64,000 nt of DNA from Tagaea sp. (GCA_965279525.1 CBDIIB010000004.1:768001-832000), one strand, 5' to 3'. Positions 10,155-21,112 are shown, numbered from the stretch's first letter. Program-made: numbers and translations. The notes: generated from the sequence alone by a model not told the origin.

Positions 10155-10940
10155 CTAGCCGCGCCCGCCGATCATCCGGAGGGCTGCCTTGCGCAGCTTG
10201 GGATCGATCGGCGGCGGCCGCGTGTCGATGCCCTTGCCGAGAACCGCCAGCACATGGTCGAGCGCATCGATGCGCGCGCGCCATTTGCTGTCCGCGTGGA
10301 TCGCCTTCCAGGGCGCGCCGGTCCACGACGTGCGGGCGAGCATGTCGTCGATCGCGCGGCGGTAATCGTCGCTTTTCAGATGCGCGTCGATGTCGGCCTG
10401 CGTGAGCTTCCATTGCTTCGTCGGATCGCCGAGACGTTCGGCGAAGCGCTCGAGCTGGGTCTTCGGCGTGATATGCAGGAAGACCTTCGCGATCCGCACT
10501 CCGTCGTCCGCCAGCATCCGCTCGAACTCGACGATCTCGCGATACGCCCGTTTCCAGTCCGCTGGCGGACAGAGCCTGTCGACCCGCTCGACCAGCACGC
10601 GCCCGTACCAGGAACGGTCGAAAATCGCGAGCGTGCCGGGTGCCGGCAGGCGCTGCCAGAACCGGTAGAGATAGTGCCGTCCCTGCTCGTCCGGGGTCGG
10701 CGGACCGATCGGCCAGACATGGACGCCACGCGGATCGAGCTTTTCGGTGAGGCGGCGGATGGCGCCGCCCTTTCCGGCCGCGTCGACTCCTTCGAACACG
10801 ATCACGCCGCGCCGTTTCTGGTGCCAGTATGTCTGCTGCAGCGCCAGCATCGCCCGCTGGCGCTTTTCGAGGGCCGCCTCATAGGCGTCCTTGTCGGCAA
10901 ATCGTCGGCCCGGCTTCAGACCCGATACACGTACCGTCAC
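10155..10940 (-). CDS. ppk2: Polyphosphate kinase 2 family protein (single domain)
   Basis: FEGVDAAGKGG Walker A, FDRSWYGRVLVERV; GTG start overlaps the TGA of the upstream ABC ATPase (GTGA). Confidence 0.88.
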   Translation of the reverse strand: MTVRVSGLKPGRRFADKDAYEAALEKRQRAMLALQQTYWHQKRRGVIVFEGVDAAGKGGAIRRLTEKLDPRGVHVWPIGPPTPDEQGRHYLYRFWQRLPAPGTLAIFDRSWYGRVLVERVDRLCPPADWKRAYREIVEFERMLADDGVRIAKVFLHITPKTQLERFAERLGDPTKQWKLTQADIDAHLKSDDYRRAIDDMLARTSWTGAPWKAIHADSKWRARIDALDHVLAVLGKGIDTRPPPIDPKLRKAALRMIGGRG

Positions 10941-11935
10941 GACGCGTCGTTCAGGTGGCACGACGACCGGCGGCCGGGCGCGATCTCGCGCAGGACGGGC
11001 GCTTCGACCTTGCAGCGCGCCATGGCCTGCGGGCAGCGCGGATGGAAATGGCAGCCCGGCGGCGGATTGAGCGGCGACGGGATCTCGCCCTTGACCGGGG
11101 CGAACACGCGCTTGCGCGTGTCGAGGCGCGGGATCTCGCCGAGCAGGGCGATCGTGTAAGGGTGATTGGGCTTCGCGAAGAGTTCGTCGGTCGTGCCTTC
11201 CTCGACGACGCGCCCCAGATACATGATGACGACGCGATCGGAGAGATGGCGCACCACGCCCAGATCGTGGCTGATGAACAGGTAGGTGAGGTTCAGTTCC
11301 TGCCGCAGCTGGATGAACAGGTTCAGGATCTGCGCCTGGATCGACACGTCGAGGGCCGCGACCGATTCGTCGCACACGACGAACTCCGGCTTCACCGCGA
11401 GCGCCCGTGCGATCCCGATGCGCTGGCGCTGGCCGCCGGAGAACTGGTGCGGATAGCGCCGCTTGTAGCCCGGGTCGAGGCCGACCCGACGCATCGTCTC
11501 GTCGATATAACCGTCGGCGCCTGCGGAATCGGTCAGGCCATGATAGAGCGGCGCCTCGCCGACGATATCGGCCACGCGCATGCGCGGGTTGAGGGAGGCG
11601 AACGGATCCTGGAAGATCATCTGCACGGCAAGTGCGGCACGGATGCGTTCGCGGTCGGGCAGATCGGCAAGCCTGCGCCCGCGATAGAGCATGTCGCCTT
11701 CGCTTTGCGGCAGGATGCCCGCGACGATGCGCCCGAGCGTGGACTTCCCGCAGCCGCTCTCGCCGACGAGGCCGACGACCTCGCCCTCCTTCACGACAAG
11801 ATCGACCTTGTCGACCGCGTGGACGATCTCCTCGCGCACGTTTGCGCCGAACTTCGCGGCAAGACGTGCAGCGACATCGAGGCCTTTGACGAAGCGCCTC
11901 GAAACACCCTTCAGCTCGATGATCGGGGCTGCCAT
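10937..11935 (-). CDS. Oligo/dipeptide ABC transporter ATP-binding subunit (OppF/DppF-like)
   Basis: GESGCGKST, FSGGQRQR, PNHPYT, GCHFHPRCP. Confidence 0.92.
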   Translation of the reverse strand: MAAPIIELKGVSRRFVKGLDVAARLAAKFGANVREEIVHAVDKVDLVVKEGEVVGLVGESGCGKSTLGRIVAGILPQSEGDMLYRGRRLADLPDRERIRAALAVQMIFQDPFASLNPRMRVADIVGEAPLYHGLTDSAGADGYIDETMRRVGLDPGYKRRYPHQFSGGQRQRIGIARALAVKPEFVVCDESVAALDVSIQAQILNLFIQLRQELNLTYLFISHDLGVVRHLSDRVVIMYLGRVVEEGTTDELFAKPNHPYTIALLGEIPRLDTRKRVFAPVKGEIPSPLNPPPGCHFHPRCPQAMARCKVEAPVLREIAPGRRSSCHLNDAS

Positions 11936-12906
11936 CAGGAAAGCTCCGTCAGGGGATGGACGCAGCGGACCTGCCGTTTCCGGCCGACCGGCGGCGGCGT
12001 GTCGTTGGCGCACGCCGCATCGGCATGGGTGCACCGCATGCGGAACGAACAGCCCGAAGGAAGGTTCAGCATCGAGGGCATGACACCGGGGATCTGCACC
12101 AGCGGCTTGCCCTTCTCGTTGCGGCTGGGCACCGAACCGATCAGGCCCGCCGTGTAGGGATGTGCCGGCCGGTCGAGCACTTCGTCGACCGAGCCACGCT
12201 CGACGATGCGTCCGGCATACATCACGCAAATCTCGTCGGCGAGCGAGGCGACGACGGAAAGGTCGTGCGTGATCCAGATGAGGGCCGTGCGCGTCTCGCG
12301 CGCGAGCTTCTGCACCTCGTAGAGGATCTGGCCCTGGATCGTCACGTCGAGCGCCGTCGTCGGCTCGTCGGCGACAATGAGGTCGGGCTTGTTAAGCAAC
12401 GCGATCGCGATCGCCACGCGCTGGCGCATGCCGCCGGAAAACTGGTGCGGATAGGCGGCAAGTCGCTCTTCCGGGCTGGGGATGCCGACCTGGCCGAGCG
12501 CGTCGCGGGCACGTGTCCAGGCGGTCTTGCGGTCGACGTCGCCATGCGCCTGCACGGCCTCGATCATCTGCGTCTCGACCTTGAGGACGGGGTTGAGCGT
12601 CATCATCGGGTCCTGGAAGATCATCGCGATGCGGTTGCCGCGCAGCTTGCGGATCTCGTCCTCCGGCATGCCGACGATGTCGTGGCCCTGGAACCGGACC
12701 TTGCCCCCGACGATGCGCCCCGGCGGATCGACGAGCCCCATGATCGAAAATCCGGTCACCGACTTGCCGGACCCGGACTCCCCCACCAGACCGAGAATCT
12801 TGCCCTGTTCGACCGAGAACGAAACGTCGTTGACGGCTTTCAGCACGCCGGCCTTCGTGAAGAAGTGGGTCTCGAGATTCTCGACCGAGAGCGTGGGCGC
12901 CGTCAT
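11935..12906 (-). CDS. Oligo/dipeptide ABC transporter ATP-binding subunit (OppD/DppD-like)
   Basis: [33 protein letters not shown]. Confidence 0.92.
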   Translation of the reverse strand: MTAPTLSVENLETHFFTKAGVLKAVNDVSFSVEQGKILGLVGESGSGKSVTGFSIMGLVDPPGRIVGGKVRFQGHDIVGMPEDEIRKLRGNRIAMIFQDPMMTLNPVLKVETQMIEAVQAHGDVDRKTAWTRARDALGQVGIPSPEERLAAYPHQFSGGMRQRVAIAIALLNKPDLIVADEPTTALDVTIQGQILYEVQKLARETRTALIWITHDLSVVASLADEICVMYAGRIVERGSVDEVLDRPAHPYTAGLIGSVPSRNEKGKPLVQIPGVMPSMLNLPSGCSFRMRCTHADAACANDTPPPVGRKRQVRCVHPLTELS

Positions 12907-13823
12907 TTCTGGAGCCGCGGGTTGAGCACGTCGCGCAGGTGATCGCCGACGAGATTGATCGACACGATGGTGACCAGCAGGGCAAGGCCGGGGAAGAAGC
13001 TTATCCAGTAGACGCCCGACAGGATGTACTCGAAACCGTTGGCGATGAGCAGGCCGAGCGAAGGCTCGGTGATCGGCAGACCGACGCCGAGGAACGAAAG
13101 CGTCGCCTCGAGTGCGATCGAATTGGCGATCTGGATCGTGCCGACCACGATCAGCGGCGGCAGGCAGTTGGGCAGGATATGGCGGAACAGGATGCGGCTC
13201 TTGGGCAAGGCGAGGCACTGCGCGGCCTCCACATACTCCTTGCGCCGCTCGACCATCGCAGCCGCCCGAACGCATCGCGCATAATAGGCATACTGGATCA
13301 CGACGAGGGCGAGGATGATCTTGCCCACCCCCTGCCCCAGCACCGCCAGCAGCACCAATGCGATCAGGATCGCCGGGAACGACAGCTTGATGTCGACCAT
13401 CCGCATGAGAATCGTATCGAGACGACCGCCATAGTAGGCCGCGAAAAGGCCAACCGAGGTCCCGACAAAGGCAGCGATCAGGCCCGAAGTGACCGCGACG
13501 AGGAACGATGTGCGCAGCCCGTAGAGGATGGCCGATACCATGTCGCGGCCCTGGCTGTCGGAACCCAGCCAAAAGGCGAGTCCGTGCATGCTGACGGAGC
13601 CCGGCGGCATCTTGCCGTCCATGATGTCGAGTTGGCGCAGGTCGTAGGGGTTCTGCGGGCTGATGAACGCGCACAGCATAGCGGCCACGAAGATCACGGC
13701 GAATACACCGAGTGCGCCCAGCGCCATGCGGCTTTCACTGAAGTCGGCGACGAACCGCCTGAACGGGGTCTCGACCCTGGCGCCGCCTTCGGTCGACGGC
13801 GCGGATGCAGCGGGGCCGCTCAT
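12903..13823 (-). CDS. Peptide ABC transporter permease (OppC/DppC-like)
   Basis: LGSDSQGRD, EYVEAA (EAA loop), LEATLSFLGVG, GDHLRDVLNPR. Confidence 0.92.
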   Translation of the reverse strand: MSGPAASAPSTEGGARVETPFRRFVADFSESRMALGALGVFAVIFVAAMLCAFISPQNPYDLRQLDIMDGKMPPGSVSMHGLAFWLGSDSQGRDMVSAILYGLRTSFLVAVTSGLIAAFVGTSVGLFAAYYGGRLDTILMRMVDIKLSFPAILIALVLLAVLGQGVGKIILALVVIQYAYYARCVRAAAMVERRKEYVEAAQCLALPKSRILFRHILPNCLPPLIVVGTIQIANSIALEATLSFLGVGLPITEPSLGLLIANGFEYILSGVYWISFFPGLALLVTIVSINLVGDHLRDVLNPRLQK

Positions 13824-14800
13824 GATTTGCCTGCGTCCGCGAGGCGCACGCGCGGGTCGAGGACCGAATAGAGGATGTCGACGACGAGGTTGATGAAGAT
13901 GAACATCAGAACCGTGACAAGCAGGTATGCGACGATGACCGGCCTGTCGAGATTGTTGATACTGTCGATGATCAGCTTTCCCATGCCAGGCCACGCGAAG
14001 ATCGTCTCGGTAACCACCGCGAACGCGATGACTTGCCCAATCTCGAGGCCGATCACCGTGACGACAGGGATCATGATGTTCTTCATCACGTGGACGAAGA
14101 CGACGCGCTTCTGCGAGAGGCCCTTGGCGCGCGCGAACTTCACGTAATCCATCGGCATGTTCTCGCGCATGCCCGAACGCGTCAGTCGGATCACCAGCGA
14201 GATGTTGAAAAGCGCCAGGTTGAACGCGGGCAGCAGCAGGTGCGCAAGTCCGTCGAGTGTGAACAGGCTCGATCGGATGCCGAGGAACTGGCCGAGTTCT
14301 CCGCGTCCGGTTGACGGCAACCAGCCGAGTTCGACTGCGAAAATGAGGATCAGCATCAGCCCGACCCAGAAAGTCGGCAGGCTGAAGCCGGCAATCGATG
14401 TCGCCATGATCGTCTTCGAGATGCGGCTTTCCGGTCGGTAGCCGGCGAACATGCCAAGCGGAATGCCGAGCACGATCGAGATCGTCACGGCACACAGTGC
14501 AAGCTCGATCGTCGCCGGCATGCGCTGCAGGATGAGGTCGATCGAGGGGATGTTGAAGACGAAGGAACGCCCGAGATCGCCCGAAAGCGCGTTCGCGACA
14601 AAATAGCCGTATTGTGCCCAGACCGGCTTATCGAGCCCGAGCGCAATGATCGCACGCTCGCGCTCGGCCTGGTCGGCATCGGCCGCGATGAAGATCTCGA
14701 CCGGATCGCCGATCGCATAGACGCCGAAAAACACCAGCAGCGACATGATCAGCAGCACGAATGCGCTCTGCATCAGTCGGCGGATGATGAAGACGGTCAT
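13820..14800 (-). CDS. Peptide ABC transporter permease (OppB/DppB-like)
   Basis: FIIRRL, GDLGRS, DYVKFARAKGL, ETIFAWPGMG, VDILYSVLDPRV. Confidence 0.92.
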   Translation of the reverse strand: MTVFIIRRLMQSAFVLLIMSLLVFFGVYAIGDPVEIFIAADADQAERERAIIALGLDKPVWAQYGYFVANALSGDLGRSFVFNIPSIDLILQRMPATIELALCAVTISIVLGIPLGMFAGYRPESRISKTIMATSIAGFSLPTFWVGLMLILIFAVELGWLPSTGRGELGQFLGIRSSLFTLDGLAHLLLPAFNLALFNISLVIRLTRSGMRENMPMDYVKFARAKGLSQKRVVFVHVMKNIMIPVVTVIGLEIGQVIAFAVVTETIFAWPGMGKLIIDSINNLDRPVIVAYLLVTVLMFIFINLVVDILYSVLDPRVRLADAGKS

Positions 14801-14826
14801 GGACGCTGCGTGTTCGGGGTTCGGAA

Positions 14827-14855
14827 ATGGGGACCCGGCAAAACCGGGTCCCCAT
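14827..14855 (-). terminator. Perfect 12-bp stem-loop between the binding-protein and permease genes (terminator or mRNA stabiliser)
   Basis: ATGGGGACCCGG-CAAAA-CCGGGTCCCCAT; only a short T-tract follows on the minus strand. Confidence 0.6.
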
Positions 14856-14878
14856 CCGTCGTGCGCGTCAGGTCGCGA

Positions 14879-16459
14879 TCAGCGCGGCTTGACGAAGTGG
14901 GCGAGCGTGTACTCGTCGCTGCGCGCCTGGAACGAAACGTTCGAACGCATCGCCCAGAGATTGACCTGATAGTAGAGCGGGATCAGGCCAAGGTCAGTCA
15001 CGGCGAGTTCGGATGCCTCGTACAGCAGCTTCTCGCGTGCGCCCGTGTCGACCGTCTGGAGTGCCTTGGTGAGGATCTCGTCGACCTTCGGGTTCGAGTA
15101 GCGGCCGCGGTTGGATGCCCCGAAGCCGAGATCGCGGTTCGGCGTGGCCAGAAGGGCGCGAAGCGGCGAGGACGTTTCGCCGGTGTCCGACCCCCAGCCG
15201 ACCAGCATCACCGAGAACGCGTAGTTCGGCGCACCAGCCTGGGCGACGTAGGTCGACCAGGGCTGCGGCTGCACGACGGTATCGATGCCCACACGCGTGA
15301 ACATCGGCCCGATCGCCTGGAGAACCTTGTCGTCCTCCGGATAGCGGTCGTTCGGTCCATGGATGGTCAGCTTGAAGCCGTTGGGGAAGCCCGCTTCGCG
15401 CAGCAGTCGCTGGGCAGCGGCTGCATCCAGCGCTTCCGGCTTCAGCTTCGGCGATGCGCCGAAGAATCCGTCCGGCAGCAGGCCGCCGGCCGGAATGGCC
15501 TGACCGTCGAAGATGCGCTCCGCGATCGCCTGACGGTTGATCGCCTTCGAGAGCGCCTGACGCACGCGAAGATCCTTGAGCGGGTTCTTGGCGAGCGGCT
15601 GGCCGGACGCCTTGTCCACCGCGAACGGCGTCACGTCGCGGTTGTGGTCGATGTGAAGATAGATGAGGCGGTTCGACGTGACCTGCTCGAGACGCAGGTT
15701 CGTGTTCTGCTTCAGGCGCGGAATGTCGGCCGTCTGGACCTGGTCGATGATCTGGACGTCGCCGGAAAGCAGGGCTGCCGTGCGCGCCGAGGCGTTGGTC
15801 ACGATGCGCGTCGTCACGCTCGACCAGGACGACTTTTCGCCCCAGTAGGCGTCGTTGCGGTCCATCGCGACCCGGTCGCCGGGCACGAATTCCTTGAACT
15901 TGTAGGGGCCGGTGCCGAGCATCGCGCGGCCGGCATTGAACTCGGCGGTCGGTGCCTCGAAATTCTTGCGGTTCACGATGTTGACCACCGCCATGTCCAG
16001 CGGCAGCAGCGGACGGGGTGCCGGCGTCTTGATGCGCAACGTATGCGCGTCGACGACGGTGACCTCGAGACCGCGGACCATCGCGGTGAAGGACGACGGC
16101 GAGTTCGGGACCCACGGCACGCGCTTGAACGTGGCGAGCACGTCCTGGGCGTCGAAGTCCGAGCCGTCGTGGAACTTGACGCCCTTGCGAAGTTTGAACT
16201 CCCAAGACGTGTCGTCGATCGCACGCCAGGACTCGGCGAGGCCGGGGATCGGGCGCTGCTGGTGGTCGAAATGGACGAGACGGTCGAAGAAGTACTGCGC
16301 GATGTTGTTGTTGGGACCGAGATTATGGAAATGCGGATCCATCGACGTGATGTTGCCGCCGACGGCGATTGTCAGGTTCTGCGCCTGGGCGCCGGGCGCC
16401 ATGCAGGCGATGCCGATCGCGACGAACGCGGTGGCAAGGCGGTAGGAAAGTCGATTCAT
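14879..16459 (-). CDS. ABC transporter substrate-binding protein, family 5 (paralog 1)
   Basis: Signal peptide, SMDPHFH, WEFKLRKGVKFHDGS, GTGPYKF. Confidence 0.92.
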   Translation of the reverse strand: MNRLSYRLATAFVAIGIACMAPGAQAQNLTIAVGGNITSMDPHFHNLGPNNNIAQYFFDRLVHFDHQQRPIPGLAESWRAIDDTSWEFKLRKGVKFHDGSDFDAQDVLATFKRVPWVPNSPSSFTAMVRGLEVTVVDAHTLRIKTPAPRPLLPLDMAVVNIVNRKNFEAPTAEFNAGRAMLGTGPYKFKEFVPGDRVAMDRNDAYWGEKSSWSSVTTRIVTNASARTAALLSGDVQIIDQVQTADIPRLKQNTNLRLEQVTSNRLIYLHIDHNRDVTPFAVDKASGQPLAKNPLKDLRVRQALSKAINRQAIAERIFDGQAIPAGGLLPDGFFGASPKLKPEALDAAAAQRLLREAGFPNGFKLTIHGPNDRYPEDDKVLQAIGPMFTRVGIDTVVQPQPWSTYVAQAGAPNYAFSVMLVGWGSDTGETSSPLRALLATPNRDLGFGASNRGRYSNPKVDEILTKALQTVDTGAREKLLYEASELAVTDLGLIPLYYQVNLWAMRSNVSFQARSDEYTLAHFVKPR

Positions 16460-16561
16460 CGGTGGGGGCCTCCATGTGATGTCCGATTATAGGACGAGAT
16501 TACGACGTGCCTTGCGGATTGTCCCAACGAATCTGCCGTATGGAACGGACCGCCAGGGCCG

Positions 16562-18163
16562 TCAGTTTGCCGGGCGAACCTGATACGCAAAGGTGTATTC
16601 ATCGGCGCGCGGCGCATACTGGACTGTTTTCCGGTGTGCCCAGAGATTGACCTGGTAGTACAGCGGAATCAGGCCCATGTCGGCGATCGCCGCCTCGGAT
16701 GCCTCCGCCAGCAATTTGGCGCGAGCACCGTCGTTGACCGTCGCAAGGGCGCGGGCAAGCATTTCGTCGAACTGCGGGTTCGAATAGCGGCCGCGGTTGG
16801 AAGCACCCATGCCCCCCTCGCGGTTGACCGTGGCGAGCAGCGAGCGCAACGGGGACGAAACCTCGCCCGTCCCTGCCCCCCAGCCGACGAGCATGATGCT
16901 GAAGGCATAGTTCGGCGCGCTCGACTGCGTGGCATAGCTCGCCCAAGGGCTCGTCACGACGCGGGTGTCGAGGCCCACGCGGCTGAACATCGGGCCGATC
17001 GCCTGAAGGACCTTCTCGTCCTCCGGATAGCGGTCGTTCGGCCCGTGTATCGTCATGGCGAAGCCGTTCGGATAGCCGGCCTCGCCGAGCAGCTTGCGCG
17101 CGGCATCCTGGTCGAACGCGTCAGGCTTCAGCTTCTCGGACGCGCCGAAGAACCCTTCCGGCAGGAGTCCGCCGGCAGGGATCGCCTCGCCGTCGAAGAT
17201 CCGCTGCGTGATGGCTTCGCGGTTGATCGCGCGCGAGAGCGCCTGACGCACGCGACGGTTCTTGAGGGGGTTGTTCGGCAGCACGGCCCCCTGCTTGTCG
17301 GTCACGAACGGCGTCTGGTCGCGGTTCTGGTCGAGTGCCAGATAGATGAGCCGGTTCGAGGTGATCTTCGACAGGGCGACCGCCGGGCTTGCGCGCAGGC
17401 GCGGGACATCAGCCGTCTGGACCTGATCGATGATGTGCACGTCGCCGGCGAGCAGTGCGGCCGTGCGGGCGGAAGCGTTCGTGATGACCCGGATGGTCAC
17501 TTTGCTCCAGTGCGCCTTGCCGCCCCAATAGGCGTCGCTGCGCTGCAGGACGAGCCGGTCGCCGGGCGCGAACTCGACGAAGCGGAACGGCCCCGTGCCG
17601 ATCGCGGCCTTGCCCTGATTGAAATCGCCGGTCGGCGCTTCGACGGCTTTTCGGGAAACGATGTTGACGATCGAAAGATCGTTGGGCAGCAGCGGATAGG
17701 GCTTCGCCGTGCGGAAACGGATCGTGTGGCTGTCGACGACCGTCGTTTCGGCGATGGCGCGCGTCGAGATCGCGAAGGACGACGGCGAATTGGGGACCCA
17801 CGGCACGCGCTTGAGCGTCGCCATGACGTCCTCGGCATCGAACGGGGAGCCGTCGTGGAACTTCACGTTCGCGCGCAGCTTGAATTCCCAGGTCGTGTCG
17901 TCGACCGCCCGCCATTCCGTGGCAAGGCCCGGGATCAGGCGCTGCTGCTCGTCCTGATGCACCAGCCGGTCGAAAATGTGTGTCGCCACGCCGTTGTTCG
18001 GCGCCAGATTGTGGAAATGGGGATCGATCGACGTGATGTTGCCGCCGACACCGATCACGAGATCCTGTGCGTGCGCCCCGTTCGACGGCCCGGTCACGAT
18101 CCCGATGGCCAACAGGGCGCCAAGAAACAACGGGCGGAATTCACCTGCGAATTTCACGAACAT
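16562..18163 (-). CDS. ABC transporter substrate-binding protein, family 5 (paralog 2)
   Basis: SIDPHFH, WEFKLRANVKFHDGS, GTGPFRF; collinear with paralog 1; start approximate. Confidence 0.9.
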   Translation of the reverse strand: MFVKFAGEFRPLFLGALLAIGIVTGPSNGAHAQDLVIGVGGNITSIDPHFHNLAPNNGVATHIFDRLVHQDEQQRLIPGLATEWRAVDDTTWEFKLRANVKFHDGSPFDAEDVMATLKRVPWVPNSPSSFAISTRAIAETTVVDSHTIRFRTAKPYPLLPNDLSIVNIVSRKAVEAPTGDFNQGKAAIGTGPFRFVEFAPGDRLVLQRSDAYWGGKAHWSKVTIRVITNASARTAALLAGDVHIIDQVQTADVPRLRASPAVALSKITSNRLIYLALDQNRDQTPFVTDKQGAVLPNNPLKNRRVRQALSRAINREAITQRIFDGEAIPAGGLLPEGFFGASEKLKPDAFDQDAARKLLGEAGYPNGFAMTIHGPNDRYPEDEKVLQAIGPMFSRVGLDTRVVTSPWASYATQSSAPNYAFSIMLVGWGAGTGEVSSPLRSLLATVNREGGMGASNRGRYSNPQFDEMLARALATVNDGARAKLLAEASEAAIADMGLIPLYYQVNLWAHRKTVQYAPRADEYTFAYQVRPAN

Positions 18164-18329
18164 CCAGAAAATCCCCGATTGCGGCGTCCCGGTCCCGATC
18201 CGGGGCCCTTGATCGCCCCGCCCCCGTTTGCCCGCGGTCAGCAAGCAAACGACGGGCCGGAGCGCCGGACCCTCGTGACGGGGCGGAGGATACAGGATGG
18301 ATCGACGCTGGCAAGCCCGTCCGGGGGCC

Positions 18330-19853
18330 TCAGGCGGAACTCCAGACGGCGTCCCGGTCCAGCGGAAAGACGGGCCGGGGCAGATGGCGGAACTCGATGC
18401 GCTCGAGGACCGGGGCCGTCAGACCGCCGGTATCCACTTCGAACACGTTCTCCGGCGCAAAAAAGATGTCGAAACCTGCCCGGAAATGCCCGCGGGACTT
18501 GACGACGACCGCAGCGGCACCGGCTACGTCGAGACCATGCATCGCGAAGAAAACGGGGTCGGCGCACTGCTTGCGCTGGCTGACGACGACGACGACGACC
18601 CCGTCCAGATCGAGCGCCGCGGTAAGGCCCAGTTCGACGCTTCGCCCCTTGTAGATGCCCCGTTGCCCGACGACGCGTCCATCCGTCACGGCCAGGATGC
18701 GGGCATGCGCCGTGAACCTTTCGCCGAAGCGGTCGGCATTCGTCCGGTTGAACTCCGCCTCGAACTGTCCGCCGGTCCCGCGCGCGTGCGCGTCGGCGGC
18801 CAGTGCAGGGTCAACGAAACATCCGTAGAGAACGCCGGTGGCCCGGGCCGCGATCAAGGCGCGCAGCAGTTCGGTCGTGTTGCCGCGCCCACCGCCGCCG
18901 GGATTGTCGCCGGAATCGGCGAATATGACCGGCGAGCGCATCTTGGCCGCCGCCGCCCGGGCAAGGTCGATCGCATCGGCAATCGGCGTCAACGTGCGCA
19001 CGAAGCGATGGCGATCGGCCCAGCCAAGACGGGCAAGGTCAAGTGCCGCAGCCTTCGCATGCGCCTTCCCCTCACGCGACGTCGCCACGATCGCGACCCC
19101 GTTTTTCGGCGTATCGCCGAACACGAAGCCGCCGACGACGGAAAGATTCATGAGGCGCGCGTCCGACGCCATGCGCGCTTCGGCCGCGTTCATCAGGTCG
19201 GCATAGGGACCGCTGGCGGTCAGCAGCGTGACGGATGCCGGCGTGAGCGGCAGGCGCACGAGTGCCGTGGCCGAACGGCCGCCGCGCAGTAGCTCGACGA
19301 CATGCCGCGCGCACTCGGCCCCCCGCTCCTCCTGGTCGATATGCGGATTGGTCCGGTACGAGACGAAGGCGTCGACGCTGTCGATCATGCGATCGGAGAT
19401 GTTCGCGTGGAGATCGACCGATGTGACGAACGGCGCCCGCCCGATCTCGGCGCGGATGGCGGCGTAGAGCACGCCGTCGGGATCGAACTCGGCGGTCGAA
19501 GTCATGGCGCCGTGGTTCGTGAGATAGACCGCGTCGATCCGTCCGGCCGATCTGAGGCCGGCCACGATCCTGCGCACGCAATCCTCGAAGAACGCGTGCT
19601 CGATCGGGCCGCCGGGTTCGGCGCCCGTCACGAGGATCGGGACCGGCTCCCATGCGAAATCCAGCCGCGCCAGCTCCTTGACGAAGCCGGGCACTTCGAG
19701 CGGCATCGCCGGCGCTTGCCGTGCCGCCTCTTCGACGATGGCCGGCCCCTCGAGATAGCAAAGGCGCCTGAAATCACCCTCGGTCGTCGGCGGCGCAAAG
19801 GAATTGCTCTCGAGGTGCATGCCGATCAGCGCGATCCGCGGCAGCACAGCCAT
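18330..19853 (-). CDS. M81-family metallopeptidase (MlrC-like)
   Basis: HLESNSF, HGAM, DLHAN, YRTNPHID, DSGDNPGGGG, VVKSRGHFRAGF. Confidence 0.9.
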   Translation of the reverse strand: MAVLPRIALIGMHLESNSFAPPTTEGDFRRLCYLEGPAIVEEAARQAPAMPLEVPGFVKELARLDFAWEPVPILVTGAEPGGPIEHAFFEDCVRRIVAGLRSAGRIDAVYLTNHGAMTSTAEFDPDGVLYAAIRAEIGRAPFVTSVDLHANISDRMIDSVDAFVSYRTNPHIDQEERGAECARHVVELLRGGRSATALVRLPLTPASVTLLTASGPYADLMNAAEARMASDARLMNLSVVGGFVFGDTPKNGVAIVATSREGKAHAKAAALDLARLGWADRHRFVRTLTPIADAIDLARAAAAKMRSPVIFADSGDNPGGGGRGNTTELLRALIAARATGVLYGCFVDPALAADAHARGTGGQFEAEFNRTNADRFGERFTAHARILAVTDGRVVGQRGIYKGRSVELGLTAALDLDGVVVVVVSQRKQCADPVFFAMHGLDVAGAAAVVVKSRGHFRAGFDIFFAPENVFEVDTGGLTAPVLERIEFRHLPRPVFPLDRDAVWSSA

Positions 19854-19939
19854 GCGTTCCCTCCCCCTTCTGCAATGCCGTGGAGTTGGGCATACTCGCC
19901 CGCTCTTTCGCAAGCCCCCGCCCCAGATCCCGAGAGACA

Positions 19940-21112
19940 ATGACGTCCCTTCCCAGTAAAGAAGCACTCGACATCGTCAAGAAGCTCGTGTCGTTCGACA
20001 CGACAAGCCGCGACAGCAATCTCGCCCTGATCGACTGGGTGCGCGGATATCTGACGAAGCTCGGCATCGAATCGCATCTCGTGTTCGACGAGACCGGGAA
20101 GAAGGCCAATCTCTGGGCCACGATCGGCCCCGCAGACCGTCCGGGCCTCGTCCTGTCGGGCCACACCGACGTCGTGCCGATCGACGGACAGGAATGGACC
20201 GTTTCGCCTTTCGAGCCGATGGAACGCGACGGCAAGCTCTACGGGCGTGGCACGACCGACATGAAAAGCTTCGTCGGCGTCTGCCTTTCGCTCGCCCCCG
20301 AATTCGTCCGCACGAAGCTCAAGACCCCGATCCATTTCGCCTTCTCCTACGACGAGGAGGTCGGCTGCATCGGCGTCCGTCGCCTGCTTGCCGATCTGGA
20401 AGCGCGCGGGATCCGGCCGATGGGCTGCGTGGTCGGCGAGCCGACGAGCATGAAGGTCATCCGCGCACACAAGGGAAAACTCTCGTTCCGCGCGCATGTG
20501 CGCGGGTTCGAGTGCCATTCCTCGCTCGCACCGCGCGGCGTCAACGCGATCCAATTCGCGGCGCGCGCGATCGCCCGCCTCATCGAGATGGGCGACAGGT
20601 TCGCCGCCGACGGTCCCTTCGACCGCGAGTTCGACATCCCCTTCACGACGATCCACACCGGCACGATCCACGGAGGTACGGCACTCAACATCGTGCCGAA
20701 GGACTGCAGTTTCGATTTTGAGTTCCGCCACCTGCCCGTCCACGACCCGCGCGATCTGTTCGGCGAATTCGAAAAATTCGTGCGCGGCGAACTCGAGCCG
20801 AAGATGAAATCGATCCACGCCGACACGGGCTTCACGTTCGAAGAGCTTTCGACCTTTCCCGGTCTCGCAGGCGACGAGGATGCCGAGGTCACGCAGGCCG
20901 CCAAAGCCGCCTCGGGCGGCAACGCGACCGGCAAGGTGGCATTCGGCACCGAAGCGGGCCTGTTCGAGGCGAGCGGAATTCCGACCGTCATCTGCGGACC
21001 CGGCGACATCGATCAGGCGCACAAACCAGATGAGTTCGTGGCGTTGGCGCAGATCGCGCAATGCGAGCAGTTCCTGCGCCGTCTAGTCGAGCGTCTCGAG
21101 GTCCGCGCATGA
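19940..21112 (+). CDS. argE: Acetylornithine deacetylase (M20 family)
   Basis: LSGHTDVVP, GRGTTDMK, YDEEVGC, VGEPT, HKG, GTEAG, QAHKPDEFV. Confidence 0.88.
   Translation: MTSLPSKEALDIVKKLVSFDTTSRDSNLALIDWVRGYLTKLGIESHLVFDETGKKANLWATIGPADRPGLVLSGHTDVVPIDGQEWTVSPFEPMERDGKLYGRGTTDMKSFVGVCLSLAPEFVRTKLKTPIHFAFSYDEEVGCIGVRRLLADLEARGIRPMGCVVGEPTSMKVIRAHKGKLSFRAHVRGFECHSSLAPRGVNAIQFAARAIARLIEMGDRFAADGPFDREFDIPFTTIHTGTIHGGTALNIVPKDCSFDFEFRHLPVHDPRDLFGEFEKFVRGELEPKMKSIHADTGFTFEELSTFPGLAGDEDAEVTQAAKAASGGNATGKVAFGTEAGLFEASGIPTVICGPGDIDQAHKPDEFVALAQIAQCEQFLRRLVERLEVRA

Noticed and set aside
18330-19853. Microcystin degradation pathway
   Set aside because: MlrC/M81 homologues are widespread; mlrA, mlrB and mlrD are not recognisable here.
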